The translations under genes and the position numbers were made by a program. 64,000 bases of DNA from Acidobacteriota bacterium (GTDB lineage: Bacteria; Acidobacteriota; Terriglobia; 2-12-FULL-54-10), in NCBI GenBank assembly GCA_016191085.1, contig JACPPJ010000070.1:6123-70122 (forward strand), given 5' to 3'. Positions 38,417 through 47,802 of the stretch are shown in pieces. The notes beneath the pieces were generated by a model. The model was not told the DNA's origin. It saw only the letters and a list, made by a program, of their open reading frames with translations, and did no database searches. Position 1 is the stretch's first letter, and the number at the start of each line of letters is the position of its first letter.

Positions 38417-39157
38417 ATGCACGCGCGGAAGTTTCCTCTGCGGCGCGAATATTTCTCGCACTACGCGATAGCACTCGCAGACGGCCGCCTCTAGCCTGAT
38501 ACGATCCACTATAGAAACTTTTCCCCTCGTGTATCGTATATACCCGGCGATTCGAAATTGATGTGCCGCCTTCGCCACTTCCGGTCGGGTGCTGCCCAGC
38601 AGGCGGCTCATGAAGTCATGTGTCATCGTGAATTCCGCACCGCCCGCCTGGTCATGAATGCTCAACAGCAACCATGCCACTCGCTGCTCCACAGTATGAA
38701 TGCGGTTGCACGCCACATGTTGAGCGATCAGGAATAGCTGCCGCTGGATACACTTTAGTATTTGATTCTGGAAAACACCGGGGCGCTTAAACTCGCCGAG
38801 GAAGGTCTCCGCGCTCATCTGCAAAGCCGTGCCAGACAACGAGACAATCGCTTCGTGTCCGGCATGATTGGACCCCAAAGCCAGATAGATCCCCAGCATC
38901 CCTGTCTGTCCCACTTGCGCTATTTCGACGCTGCTTCCGTCTTCCAGTTCAGCCAGCACTGAAATAAGGCAGCTCTCTGGGAAATATACGCGCGATATGG
39001 GGCGGCTGGCGTCATGAATAACCTGCCCTTGTATCAGATCCACACGGTGCAAATACGGGAATATGCGTAGGAGATGCTCGGTAGGAAGCGCTGCTAGCAG
39101 TGCATTCGAACATTCAACGTACGAAGAAGAATTCAGAGCAGGGCGGAGATTAATCAT
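38411..39157 (-). CDS. Crp/Fnr family transcriptional regulator
   Basis: VYFPES, ACNRIHTVEQRVAWLL, MTHDFMSRLLG and CECY. Confidence 0.92.
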   Translation of the reverse strand: MINLRPALNSSSYVECSNALLAALPTEHLLRIFPYLHRVDLIQGQVIHDASRPISRVYFPESCLISVLAELEDGSSVEIAQVGQTGMLGIYLALGSNHAGHEAIVSLSGTALQMSAETFLGEFKRPGVFQNQILKCIQRQLFLIAQHVACNRIHTVEQRVAWLLLSIHDQAGGAEFTMTHDFMSRLLGSTRPEVAKAAHQFRIAGYIRYTRGKVSIVDRIRLEAAVCECYRVVREIFAPQRKLPRVHS

Positions 39158-39297
39158 TCAGTCTTCCTCTGACGAAGTTCCGGACATCTACGCTGCTTGA
39201 GATATACCGTACCGTTTCAACCCAGCCCAAACAAGTCCTAAAAATCCTAGAGGTACTAGTGCTGGAACAGTCAGTACGGGGCATTTGCCCCACCCAG

Positions 39298-40608
39298 CTA
39301 CAGCTCCGTGATATGACCGAGACGGTCGAAGAAGTCGGGGAAGGAAATGATGGCGGCGTCGCTGTGGTGTAGGAGGCTTTCAGTTGTGGCGGCGAGTGCG
39401 GCGATGGTGAACGCCATCGCTATACGATGATCGCCAAACGAATCGAGTTCCGCGCCTAATAAGTGTTGTTGTCCGGGAATGTCCAAGCCATCGGGGCGGA
39501 CCTCCACACTGACGCCCATGCGGAGTAGATTGTCCGCTACTGTGGCTATACGATCCGTTTCTTTGACGCGCAGCTCGGTCGCATCGCGGATGCTGAGACC
39601 TTGTTCCGTTTGTGTGCCGAGCACTGCGAGAATGGGAATTTCATCAATCAGACCGGCGACCATCTCCCCTTCAATGCGCCCACCGGTGAGCTTGCCGCCT
39701 GATACGTGAATGTCTCCGATCAGCTCGCCGGATTCCTCGGCCAAATTCAGCAGTTTTACTGATGCCCCCATGCCGCAAAGGAAATCCAAAAGCGCGGTTC
39801 GCGTGGGGTTGAGTCCTACATCGTGGAGATAAAGATCGGAGGAGGGGAACAGCAGCGCAGCGCAGATGAAAAAGGCCGCGGAAGAAAGGTCTCCCGGTAC
39901 AGTCAAGCCCCTGGCCTTCAAAGCGCGTCCTCCTCGGACTGTAGCGGATCTGCGCCGCCGAGTGATGTCGGCCCCGAACTGCTGTAGAGCGATCTCGGTG
40001 TGATCTCTGGTTTGAACAGGTTCGACGACGGTGGTTTCTCCATCGGCCAACAGTCCGGCAAGCAGGACCGAGCTCTTCACCTGGGCGCTGGGCACCGGCA
40101 ATTCGTAATGTATGCCACTGAGCTTTGTGCCGTGAATTCTCAGGGGCGGATAGTTTCCGTCGCGAGCTTCGAAACGCGCGCCCATTTGGGACAGCGGCTC
40201 CATCACCCGTTTCATGGGCCGGCGCTGCAAGGACTCATCGCCGGTGATGGAGGTGTCGAAAGAATGCCCGGCCAGCAAGCCGCTCAACATTCGTATCGTC
40301 GAGCCGGAGTTGCCCGCATCCAGCGTTTCACGCGAGGGTTCGAGTCCACGCAAGCCGCGGCCTCTGATATGCAACTGCTCAAACGGCTCGCCAATTTCCG
40401 GCTTCACCTGTTTCCTGTAGATTTCTACGCCCAGTTGTTGCAGGCATCTCAGCGTCGAGGCACAGTCCGCGCCAGTCGAATAGTTGCGAATGACGGTTTC
40501 GCCTTCGGCGATGGCACCCAGCATGGCGTACCGGTGCGAAATGGATTTATCACCGGGCAGGCGAAGCCCGCCGGAAATGTTCTTGGCTGGCTGAATTCGT
40601 CGGTCCAT
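39298..40608 (-). CDS. aroA: EPSP synthase
   Basis: PGDKSISHR, DAGNSGST, SAQVKS, RVKETDRI and DHRIAM. Confidence 0.97.
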   Translation of the reverse strand: MDRRIQPAKNISGGLRLPGDKSISHRYAMLGAIAEGETVIRNYSTGADCASTLRCLQQLGVEIYRKQVKPEIGEPFEQLHIRGRGLRGLEPSRETLDAGNSGSTIRMLSGLLAGHSFDTSITGDESLQRRPMKRVMEPLSQMGARFEARDGNYPPLRIHGTKLSGIHYELPVPSAQVKSSVLLAGLLADGETTVVEPVQTRDHTEIALQQFGADITRRRRSATVRGGRALKARGLTVPGDLSSAAFFICAALLFPSSDLYLHDVGLNPTRTALLDFLCGMGASVKLLNLAEESGELIGDIHVSGGKLTGGRIEGEMVAGLIDEIPILAVLGTQTEQGLSIRDATELRVKETDRIATVADNLLRMGVSVEVRPDGLDIPGQQHLLGAELDSFGDHRIAMAFTIAALAATTESLLHHSDAAIISFPDFFDRLGHITEL

Positions 40609-40685
40609 CCTTCGAATTGTCACCCGGTTTGTTGTCGCGGCGCAACTTTTAGTCCAGAGAATCGACGAGAGTTGGTGCCCCTTGT

Positions 40686-40912
40686 CTATCTGTCAAGCAG
40701 TTCGAAATATCGCTCTCGCGACATTCCGGCCGTGCGCAAATTGTTCTTGATGATAAAGACGGGTACCATGAATATTTCGGTATGACAACGGGCCGAATTA
40801 CGCCTGGTTTCGTGAAGACCATATGATCCCCTTCTTCCCTGACGCAGCGGAAACCATCGGATTCAAAAACGCATACCAACGTCTTATAAGAGACGGGAGT
40901 GAGTTTTTGCAT
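40686..40912 (-). pseudogene. hicA: HicA toxin with a 1-nt frameshift
   Basis: GF..VREEGDHMVF.KPG..RPVVIPKY; the expected C-terminus VPVFIIKNNLRTAGMSRERYFELL is in another frame after ~40768. Confidence 0.82.
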
Positions 40913-41183
40913 GTGGGGCGGGCAGAAGAATCGAGACTTGTTGGAGGCTGACGAACTTTGGGCCTTCCAGCTTTGCCCGGCGCCTGGAGTACCCAGCTTC
41001 TTCGAGGATTCGTGTCAGTGTCCCCATCCTTTCGGCCTCTTCCAGGAACAGTCGCACCGCCTCCTTGAGGTTCTTGACCGCTTTTTCCTTAGTGCCGCCG
41101 CAAGAGGAGATGTCCAACTGTGAAGTGTGAGCAACGTACATCCGACCTTCTTTGAAGATTTGGGTTGTGAATTGAATCTCCAT
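40884..41183 (-). CDS. hicB: HicB-family antitoxin
   Basis: IFKEGRMYVA...SSCGGTKEKAVKNLKEAVRLFLE. Confidence 0.87.
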   Translation of the reverse strand: MEIQFTTQIFKEGRMYVAHTSQLDISSCGGTKEKAVKNLKEAVRLFLEEAERMGTLTRILEEAGYSRRRAKLEGPKFVSLQQVSILLPAPHAKTHSRLL

Positions 41184-41186
41184 ACT

Positions 41187-41813
41187 TCAATACTCAATGA
41201 GTTTGCCCAAAATGTCTAGCAGCGCCCCAGCAATGCTTTTGCGCCCCTCAGCGCCTCTTGAGCGGCTGGCATTCCAGCGCAAGAACAGCCATGCTACCGT
41301 TGCAATCATTCCTATCCACCCTAATATCTTCACGACGTGAGCAATCGCCGTGTCATGTTGCAGCAGCCCCAAGCTGGAAAAGATGTTGAACCAATCGTGA
41401 CCACCCTGTTCCGGGTCGCCAACGGCGACGAGCGGCAGTGCCTGAGCGCGGGCGTCTGCCATGTAGACGGAGATGTAAAGAAAGTTTTCAAAGAAGAAGA
41501 ACGATGCGAACGCGGACGCAGCAGGTTGGCGGCAGAGTACGAAATAACACGCCAGCGCGAATGGAACCAGCAGTTCCATCAGAGTGCCGCCCCACAGGCC
41601 GAGCGTCCGGCCAAACCACCCGAACAGCAGGTGACCAGACTCGTGCACAATCAGGTTTACGTTATCTATGAAGAGGAATCCATTGGAATGTGTTGCCGCA
41701 TAGACCAGGAACAGTGCGTAGAAAACTAACCAGCCGGTAAGCGCCGCCGTCGAAACGGGCTGCCAATTTTCGCTGAGTGCTTCTTCAACAGATTCGAGAA
41801 ACTCGAGTTCCAT
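41187..41813 (-). CDS. Membrane protein with HExxH motif
   Basis: NLIVHESGH, YMADAR and HDW motifs; several TM segments. Confidence 0.75.
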   Translation of the reverse strand: MELEFLESVEEALSENWQPVSTAALTGWLVFYALFLVYAATHSNGFLFIDNVNLIVHESGHLLFGWFGRTLGLWGGTLMELLVPFALACYFVLCRQPAASAFASFFFFENFLYISVYMADARAQALPLVAVGDPEQGGHDWFNIFSSLGLLQHDTAIAHVVKILGWIGMIATVAWLFLRWNASRSRGAEGRKSIAGALLDILGKLIEY

Positions 41814-41959
41814 GTGACTTCTTAGACGCGAAAATCCAAACAGCGAATTGTAACACCACGCAAGTACCTTGAGCGCAAAACCGAATTCAACGACAATGAA
41901 AGCTTTCAAGCGGGCGTACTGCCGACATCGCTCGTCGTAGTACCTGTTCAGGAGAGCTT

Positions 41960-43159
41960 ATGAAAACAGACGTGATCGAACTCGAAAAAAAGTATCTCAT
42001 CCAGACTTACGCTCGCGCGCCATTGATCTTGGAGCGCGGCAAAGGCTGTTGGGTATGGGACGTGAACGGGAAGAAGTACCTGGACTTTGTCTCCGGCCTG
42101 GGCGTGAACGCCCTAGGACATGCGCATCCGCGCTTGACGAAAGTGATACGGGATCAGGCCGGCAAGCTGATTCACGCTTCGAACCTTTACTACCATCGTT
42201 ATCAGGGGTTGTTGGCGGAGCGGCTGGCGAAAGTCACTGGAATGGATCGCGCTTTCTTCTGCAATAGCGGCACGGAGGCGATTGAGGGCGCCATTAAGCT
42301 GGCGCGCGGATACGCCGCGCATCACGGCAAGGGCAAATTCGAAGTGGTGGCGCTGGATAATTCATTTCACGGCCGCACGATTGGCGCGCTCTCCGCGACA
42401 GGTCAGGAGAAGTATCGCAAAGATTTCGAGCCCTTAGTGCCCGGGTTCCACTTTGTTCCTCTGAACGACGTCAAGCAGCTACAGATGCGCGTCAATGAGA
42501 ATACCTGCGCGCTGATCCTGGAGCCGGTCCAGGGCGAGGGCGGCATCTTTGAGGTCAGCCGGGAGTTCATGCAAACAGCGGCAAAGCTGGCGCGGCAAGT
42601 GAATGCGCTGCTGATCATGGACGAAATTCAGAGCGGACTGGGCCGTACAGGAGAATACCTGGCGTCAAAATCGCTTGGCGCTCAGCCTGACATTGTCGCG
42701 CTGGCAAAGCCCATTGCCGGAGGTCTGCCGCTCGGCGTCATTCTGGCCAGGGAAGAGGTGGCTTCCGGGTTGACGGCGGGCATGCACGGTACCACCTTCG
42801 GCGGCGGGCCGCTAATCTGTCGCGTGGCTCTTGAATTCCTGGATGTAATTGAGAAGGAAAAGATCCTGAAGAACGTCCGCAAGACCGGCGAATACATGCG
42901 CAAGAAGCTGCTGGCGCTGAAGAAGAAATATCCGTTTATTCGCGACGTGCGCGGGCGCGGGCTGATGTTGGCGATTGACCTCGCCATGCCCAGCCGCTCA
43001 TTCGTGCAATTGGCGCTCGACCGCGGGCTCATCATCAACAGCACGCATGACACCGTTCTGCGGTTCTTACCGCCTCTGATCATCGAAAAAAAGCATGTCG
43101 ATCAATTTTATAAGATCATGGATGAGATCTTCGCGGCGACGGAGTGGGAAGGGAAGTGA
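41960..43159 (+). CDS. argD: Acetylornithine aminotransferase (class III PLP)
   Basis: NSGTEAIE, SFHGRT, EPVQGEGG, DEIQSGLGRTG and HGTTFGG. Confidence 0.92.
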   Translation: MKTDVIELEKKYLIQTYARAPLILERGKGCWVWDVNGKKYLDFVSGLGVNALGHAHPRLTKVIRDQAGKLIHASNLYYHRYQGLLAERLAKVTGMDRAFFCNSGTEAIEGAIKLARGYAAHHGKGKFEVVALDNSFHGRTIGALSATGQEKYRKDFEPLVPGFHFVPLNDVKQLQMRVNENTCALILEPVQGEGGIFEVSREFMQTAAKLARQVNALLIMDEIQSGLGRTGEYLASKSLGAQPDIVALAKPIAGGLPLGVILAREEVASGLTAGMHGTTFGGGPLICRVALEFLDVIEKEKILKNVRKTGEYMRKKLLALKKKYPFIRDVRGRGLMLAIDLAMPSRSFVQLALDRGLIINSTHDTVLRFLPPLIIEKKHVDQFYKIMDEIFAATEWEGK

Positions 43160-43242
43160 AAGCAGCGGTCGGCACTCAGCCTTCAGCAATCAGCATCCAG
43201 CGACCAATCGCCGGGCTGACCGCTCGACGCTGAAAGCTGCCG

Positions 43243-44313
43243 CTACTCGCCCAGCAGGCTGCCGTACTTTTTGAGCCCCGGGAAATTGTCGCAGACGGCC
43301 TTAGCGGCGGCGGCAATGGGGACCGCCAGGATCAGGCCCATAGCGCCCCACATCCAGCCCCAAACGAGGAGTGCCAACGTCACCGCGACAGGATTCATGT
43401 TCACCCGCGATCCAACGATTTTGGGGAACAATACGTTGAGCGCGATGACATGGAACGCAATTAGGGTTCCGATCAGAACGATGTATGGCGGCACTGTATG
43501 GATGTATGGAAGCGCGACGACTACAGGTCCAGCAATTGCCAGCAGCACTCCCAAATATGGAATCAGGCTCAAAAACCCGCTGAGCAATCCAAGCACGATT
43601 CGGAACTGCAGTCCGAGAATGAAAAACAACAGAGCGGAGGCTGCCGAGAGTATCAGTCCCACCACGATGTTTCCCACCAAATAGCCGCGCATTGTTGAGG
43701 CGATGCCCCTCAGCCCGTTGGCGACACCGGGTTGGTCGGCCTCGCTGAAAGCTTCGACGGCAGTACGGCGGAGGTGCTCCTTCCAGGAAAGCATGAAGAA
43801 GACCAGGAACGGGATGAATGTAATCATCAGCAAAGCGGTCGCGGCCGTTTCAACGCCAGGGAAAAGATATCTCGACATAATCGACGGTTCCGCCATCGTG
43901 ACCGTCTGAACACGTTCCGGAGAGCGGGGTATTACTTGCTCCGTTTGACGCCGGAACTGCTCGATACGGCGGCGCACATTCATTACAGCGGTGCGGATCG
44001 TGTTTGAGTACCGAGGCAGATCGCTGGCAAAATCCTGCACGCGGTTGTACAGAAAGACGGAAGCGATGCCGAGGAAGGTGACCAGAAGTACTACCACGAT
44101 AAATGCCGCGAGAGCTCTCGGAAAGCGAAGCCGCACGAGAGCTTCGACCAAGGGGTCGAGAAAGATCGCCAGGATGATTGACACCAGCGTCGTTTCGATC
44201 ACCGAGGCGGCAAAATAGCAAATCCCCATAATGACGCCGAATGCGATCACGCCGGAGGCAAAACTGGATTTTTGCGCCATATCTGTTCGTACGATGGTGT
44301 CGTCGGCTGGCAT
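43243..44313 (-). CDS. AI-2E family transporter
   Basis: LIPYLG, PKIVGSRVNMNP and WGAMGLILAVP. Confidence 0.92.
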   Translation of the reverse strand: MPADDTIVRTDMAQKSSFASGVIAFGVIMGICYFAASVIETTLVSIILAIFLDPLVEALVRLRFPRALAAFIVVVLLVTFLGIASVFLYNRVQDFASDLPRYSNTIRTAVMNVRRRIEQFRRQTEQVIPRSPERVQTVTMAEPSIMSRYLFPGVETAATALLMITFIPFLVFFMLSWKEHLRRTAVEAFSEADQPGVANGLRGIASTMRGYLVGNIVVGLILSAASALLFFILGLQFRIVLGLLSGFLSLIPYLGVLLAIAGPVVVALPYIHTVPPYIVLIGTLIAFHVIALNVLFPKIVGSRVNMNPVAVTLALLVWGWMWGAMGLILAVPIAAAAKAVCDNFPGLKKYGSLLGE

Positions 44314-44528
44314 GGGCTTAAATCCACGGGAGTGAACTGCCGGAAGCTCTACGGCTGGTCACGAACCATCTTGATAGTAGCGAACAAAGGCTCATGGCTG
44401 CAATACTTTCAGCGTGACCTGTTTACTATCTCATGCATTCACATCTGCGCAGTTCCACTTGGCTGTTTCCGGGTATACATTAAGGGAATCATCCTGCGCC
44501 GGCCCGCCCGGCAGAGTAGAGGTCGAGC

Positions 44529-45722
44529 TTGGCTGTATTTTCATGGGGACTGACGGCGCTTCTGATCGGGATGGTTGTGGGCGCAACTTGCTACACTCTG
44601 ATTGCGCTATACGCAGCCTGTAAATTTCAGCGAACAAAGCCTCTTGGGTCCGTCGGCTTCACGCCGCCCGTTTCACTCCTCAAGCCGCTCTACGGCCTGG
44701 ACCGGAAATTGGAGCGCAATCTCGAGAGTTTCTGCACCCAAACTTATCCTGTCTACGAAATTCTTTTTTCCGTACGGCACGAATCGGATCCGTCCGTGGC
44801 TGTGGTACGCAAGCTACAGCAACAGTTTCCCTCCCTGCCGATTCGTTTGCTCGTAACCGGACCTCCGCGATATCTCAACGCGAAAGTGCATGGTCTTGAA
44901 GAGATGGCCAAAGCGGCTCGCTATGACATATTCATCATCAGCGATAGCGACGTGCGCGTTGGGCCGGAATACCTCAAAGGAGTGGTGGCGCCGTTCGCCG
45001 GTCCGAGTGTGGGAATGACAACGTGTCTTTCCCGGGGCGTGCCTTCAAACTCCGTCTGGTCAGTTATGGAAGCATTGGGGATGAATACGCAGTTTCTCCC
45101 GGGCGTTCTTTCCGCGTGGCTGCTGATCGGGATGGAGTTTGCATTAGGGCCCACGATGGTCATCCGAAAGCAGCAGTTGGAGGAGATTGGTGGATTTAGG
45201 ATTTTGCGAGACTACCTGGCCGACGATTTTGTCCTGGGCGAGACCGTGGCCAAAGCGGGGTATGGCGTGGTCCTGACCCATGTTATTCCGGATCATCTCT
45301 TCGGGGGACACACGATGAGCGAGTCGCTGGCGCACCGTTTGCGCTGGGAGCGAAGTTCAAAGTGCTCGCGGCCGGCGGGCTACGTTGGCCAGGTGTTCAC
45401 ACATTCTCTGCCTCTGGCGCTTCTGGCGGTGGCGCTTGCACCGCAAGCGAGAACGTATGTGCTCGCAATGACGGCGCTATGCATCGTCGCCCGGTTCGCT
45501 CTTGCCTGGAAGGTCGGATGGAGTTTGCTTCGCGATTCCACTCTGCGCAAATTCTGGTGGCTTTTGCCTATCGAAGACCTGCTGAGCTTTGGTATCTGGT
45601 GCTGGGCGTTCTTTGGAGGTGAAATCGTCTGGCGAGGCACTCGCCTCAAAGTGCTGCGGGGCGGCAAGATGGTCGCGACCGGCAATGCGATGGAAGAGCC
45701 TGCGCCGGCTGCCACCAGGTGA
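44529..45722 (+). CDS. hpnI: HpnI-like GT2 glycosyltransferase (hopanoid glucosaminylation)
   Basis: PPVSLLKPL.G, NAKV, ISDSDVRV, LADDF and LRWER. Confidence 0.8.
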   Translation: MAVFSWGLTALLIGMVVGATCYTLIALYAACKFQRTKPLGSVGFTPPVSLLKPLYGLDRKLERNLESFCTQTYPVYEILFSVRHESDPSVAVVRKLQQQFPSLPIRLLVTGPPRYLNAKVHGLEEMAKAARYDIFIISDSDVRVGPEYLKGVVAPFAGPSVGMTTCLSRGVPSNSVWSVMEALGMNTQFLPGVLSAWLLIGMEFALGPTMVIRKQQLEEIGGFRILRDYLADDFVLGETVAKAGYGVVLTHVIPDHLFGGHTMSESLAHRLRWERSSKCSRPAGYVGQVFTHSLPLALLAVALAPQARTYVLAMTALCIVARFALAWKVGWSLLRDSTLRKFWWLLPIEDLLSFGIWCWAFFGGEIVWRGTRLKVLRGGKMVATGNAMEEPAPAATR

Positions 45723-45763
45723 GCTTACTGCTTGGCTCAATGGCCGAACTGAGGGTTCCAGAC

Positions 45764-45789
45764 AAAAAAAGGGACTCCGAAGAGTCCCT
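45764..45789 (-). terminator. Rho-independent terminator after atpE
   Basis: GGGACTC-TTCG-GAGTCCC followed by T7 on the minus strand. Confidence 0.9.
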
Positions 45790-45807
45790 CAGTTCCATCC
45801 CTGAATT

Positions 45808-46122
45808 CTAGACTGTCACTTTCGCAAAAATGATCACGAGTGTATAGAGCGCCAGCGATTCAATTAACGCCAGACCCAGAATCAGCGCGGTTTGAATTGC
45901 TTTGGCAGCGCCAGGATTTCTTGCCATGCCTTCGACGGCCGAAGCCGTGGCCTTTCCCTGGGCCAGCCCGCAGAATGCGGACGCTATCGCCATTGCGAAG
46001 CCTGAGGTAATTACCACCCACATCTGAGCGGAAGGTGCCGCTGCGGCAGCTTCCTGCGCGAAAGCGGGAGCCGCCGACGCAAACAGGATCAGTCCCCATA
46101 AGGTTCGTTGCAGTTTCTTCAT
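45808..46122 (-). CDS. atpE: ATP synthase Fo subunit c with N-terminal signal-like extension
   Basis: ARNP loop and LALIESL. Confidence 0.95.
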   Translation of the reverse strand: MKKLQRTLWGLILFASAAPAFAQEAAAAAPSAQMWVVITSGFAMAIASAFCGLAQGKATASAVEGMARNPGAAKAIQTALILGLALIESLALYTLVIIFAKVTV

Positions 46123-46228
46123 TTACTCTCTCCTTGTTGTATGAACTTGCCCCAGTGGGTGGTTGCTCCACACCCCCTCTTACAGTGAAGCCTCACGCTG
46201 AGGCAAAAATGATAATGGCTGAACCAGT

Positions 46229-46966
46229 CTAATGGCCTTCGGAAACGGCTCCGGACAAATAAACCGTCGTCAAAAGTATAAAAATGAATGTCTGGAGCGC
46301 GCCCACCGCAATATGTATGCCCATGAATACGGCGGGAACGCCGACTGGAATAAGGGAGAAGAAGACGGCTGTGATGTTTTCTCCCGCCAGCATGTTCGCA
46401 TAGAGTCGGACAGAGAGCGAAAGCGCGCGAGCCATGTGGCTGATCAACTCAATGAGGAACATCAGCGGAGCCAGCCAGAAAACTGGTCCGAGGAAAGTCT
46501 TCAGATAGCCGCCGGCTCCGTGATGGCGGAAACCCCAGAAGTTGTAATAGCAGAACGCAACCAGTGCACACCCGAGCGTAACTTGGATAAAGGCCGTGGG
46601 AGTTTCGAAGCCGGGTATCTCGCCAAGAACGTTGCTCGGGAAAATAAAGAGCACCAATGTGAAAAGCAGGGGTATGAAGTGCCGGCTGCCATGGCCGATG
46701 ATTTCCTCACCCTGCGTCTGCAACCCGCCCACGATCAGTTCGATCACTTGCTGAACATGACCAGGGCGGTCAGAAGACAGCCTCGTTCGCAACCATCCCA
46801 GAAACACTATCAGAAACACCACCACCAGAATCTCCATGGCAAAGAAATTACTGATGGGATGTTCCGGTAACTGAGGAGTGATGCCGATGGCTTGCAAAAC
46901 GCTTGTGACAGCTGGGCCAAAAATGCGGTTCAGAAATGCGGTAAACCAGAGCTCGTGGTGTTCCAT
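46229..46966 (-). CDS. atpB: ATP synthase Fo subunit a
   Basis: LSLSVRLYANMLAGE and LQTFIF. Confidence 0.96.
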   Translation of the reverse strand: MEHHELWFTAFLNRIFGPAVTSVLQAIGITPQLPEHPISNFFAMEILVVVFLIVFLGWLRTRLSSDRPGHVQQVIELIVGGLQTQGEEIIGHGSRHFIPLLFTLVLFIFPSNVLGEIPGFETPTAFIQVTLGCALVAFCYYNFWGFRHHGAGGYLKTFLGPVFWLAPLMFLIELISHMARALSLSVRLYANMLAGENITAVFFSLIPVGVPAVFMGIHIAVGALQTFIFILLTTVYLSGAVSEGH

Positions 46967-46990
46967 CGTTTGATTCTTGATCCTACGGTT

Positions 46991-47467
46991 TTATGGACTG
47001 CTGAGCCCGCGCCAGAGTTCGTAGCACACCTCTACTAAAACCGCGCCGACAAACAAAAACAGTCCGGCAAAGAATGCTTCCAGGCTGATAAACGAACTCA
47101 CGAATATAGCATAGCCCGCTGCTCCTATCAACGCGTACCGAAGCATGATTCGGAGGGCGCTGCCTGCCGCACCAGGCGGCCTCACAGGAGAGTTATTTTC
47201 ATCGCGGCCTTGAGGCAGGAACGAGCGTGTTATGGAGTCAATCGCGCGGTACATCCAATGAAAGTTCAACGCCGAGAGCGCCGAACCCACAGCGAAGCCC
47301 GCTGCCCATCGCCAGCCGTACCAGACCCAGCAAACTGCCGTACCCGTTACGCCGAGCACCAACATGAATCGATACATGCGGCGTCCGGAGCCGGACAAAA
47401 ACTTTTCCTGATCCGGAGGTAGAGGAATTGGGTCAGGTGCGTTGGTTGCGCCGGAGGCCGTTTCCAT
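46991..47467 (-). CDS. atpI: ATP synthase protein I
   Basis: 4-TM protein immediately upstream of atpB. Confidence 0.8.
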   Translation of the reverse strand: METASGATNAPDPIPLPPDQEKFLSGSGRRMYRFMLVLGVTGTAVCWVWYGWRWAAGFAVGSALSALNFHWMYRAIDSITRSFLPQGRDENNSPVRPPGAAGSALRIMLRYALIGAAGYAIFVSSFISLEAFFAGLFLFVGAVLVEVCYELWRGLSSP

Positions 47468-47471
47468 GAAG

Positions 47472-47684
47472 TCACTTCGAATTTCGGTTCACAATCCGAA
47501 TCAGCTCGACGAACGCAGCGGCGATTCCCAAGAGAAGGAAAACGATGTAGAGAAACGAGGTGTGAAAGACTCGGTCAAGCGCCAATCCAGACAGGTATCC
47601 TACGACGACGCAAGCGGGGAACATGAAGCCGATCGAGGCGTAGTCGCTGATCTGGGACCACAAAGGTTTCCGGGGAGCCGCCAT
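47472..47684 (-). CDS. atpZ: AtpZ/AtpI family protein
   Basis: GY..G..LDRVFHT....VFLLLG; position in the operon. Confidence 0.82.
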   Translation of the reverse strand: MAAPRKPLWSQISDYASIGFMFPACVVVGYLSGLALDRVFHTSFLYIVFLLLGIAAAFVELIRIVNRNSK

Positions 47685-47802
47685 AGTGCCGCACCTGAGA
47701 ATGCCCAGCAGCACTCCCTTCCTAAGGCATTGGTCAGCCGCTGAGAGACTGAACCTCAACGGTACCGCTGAAGCCGTGCCTTCCTAGTGCTGTCTACGGT
47801 CA

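Noticed and set aside
43160..43242. Short TCAGC/GCTGA inverted repeats (also 53950-53987)
   Set aside because: Degenerate intergenic hairpin repeats, probably terminator-like; too weak to call as an element.
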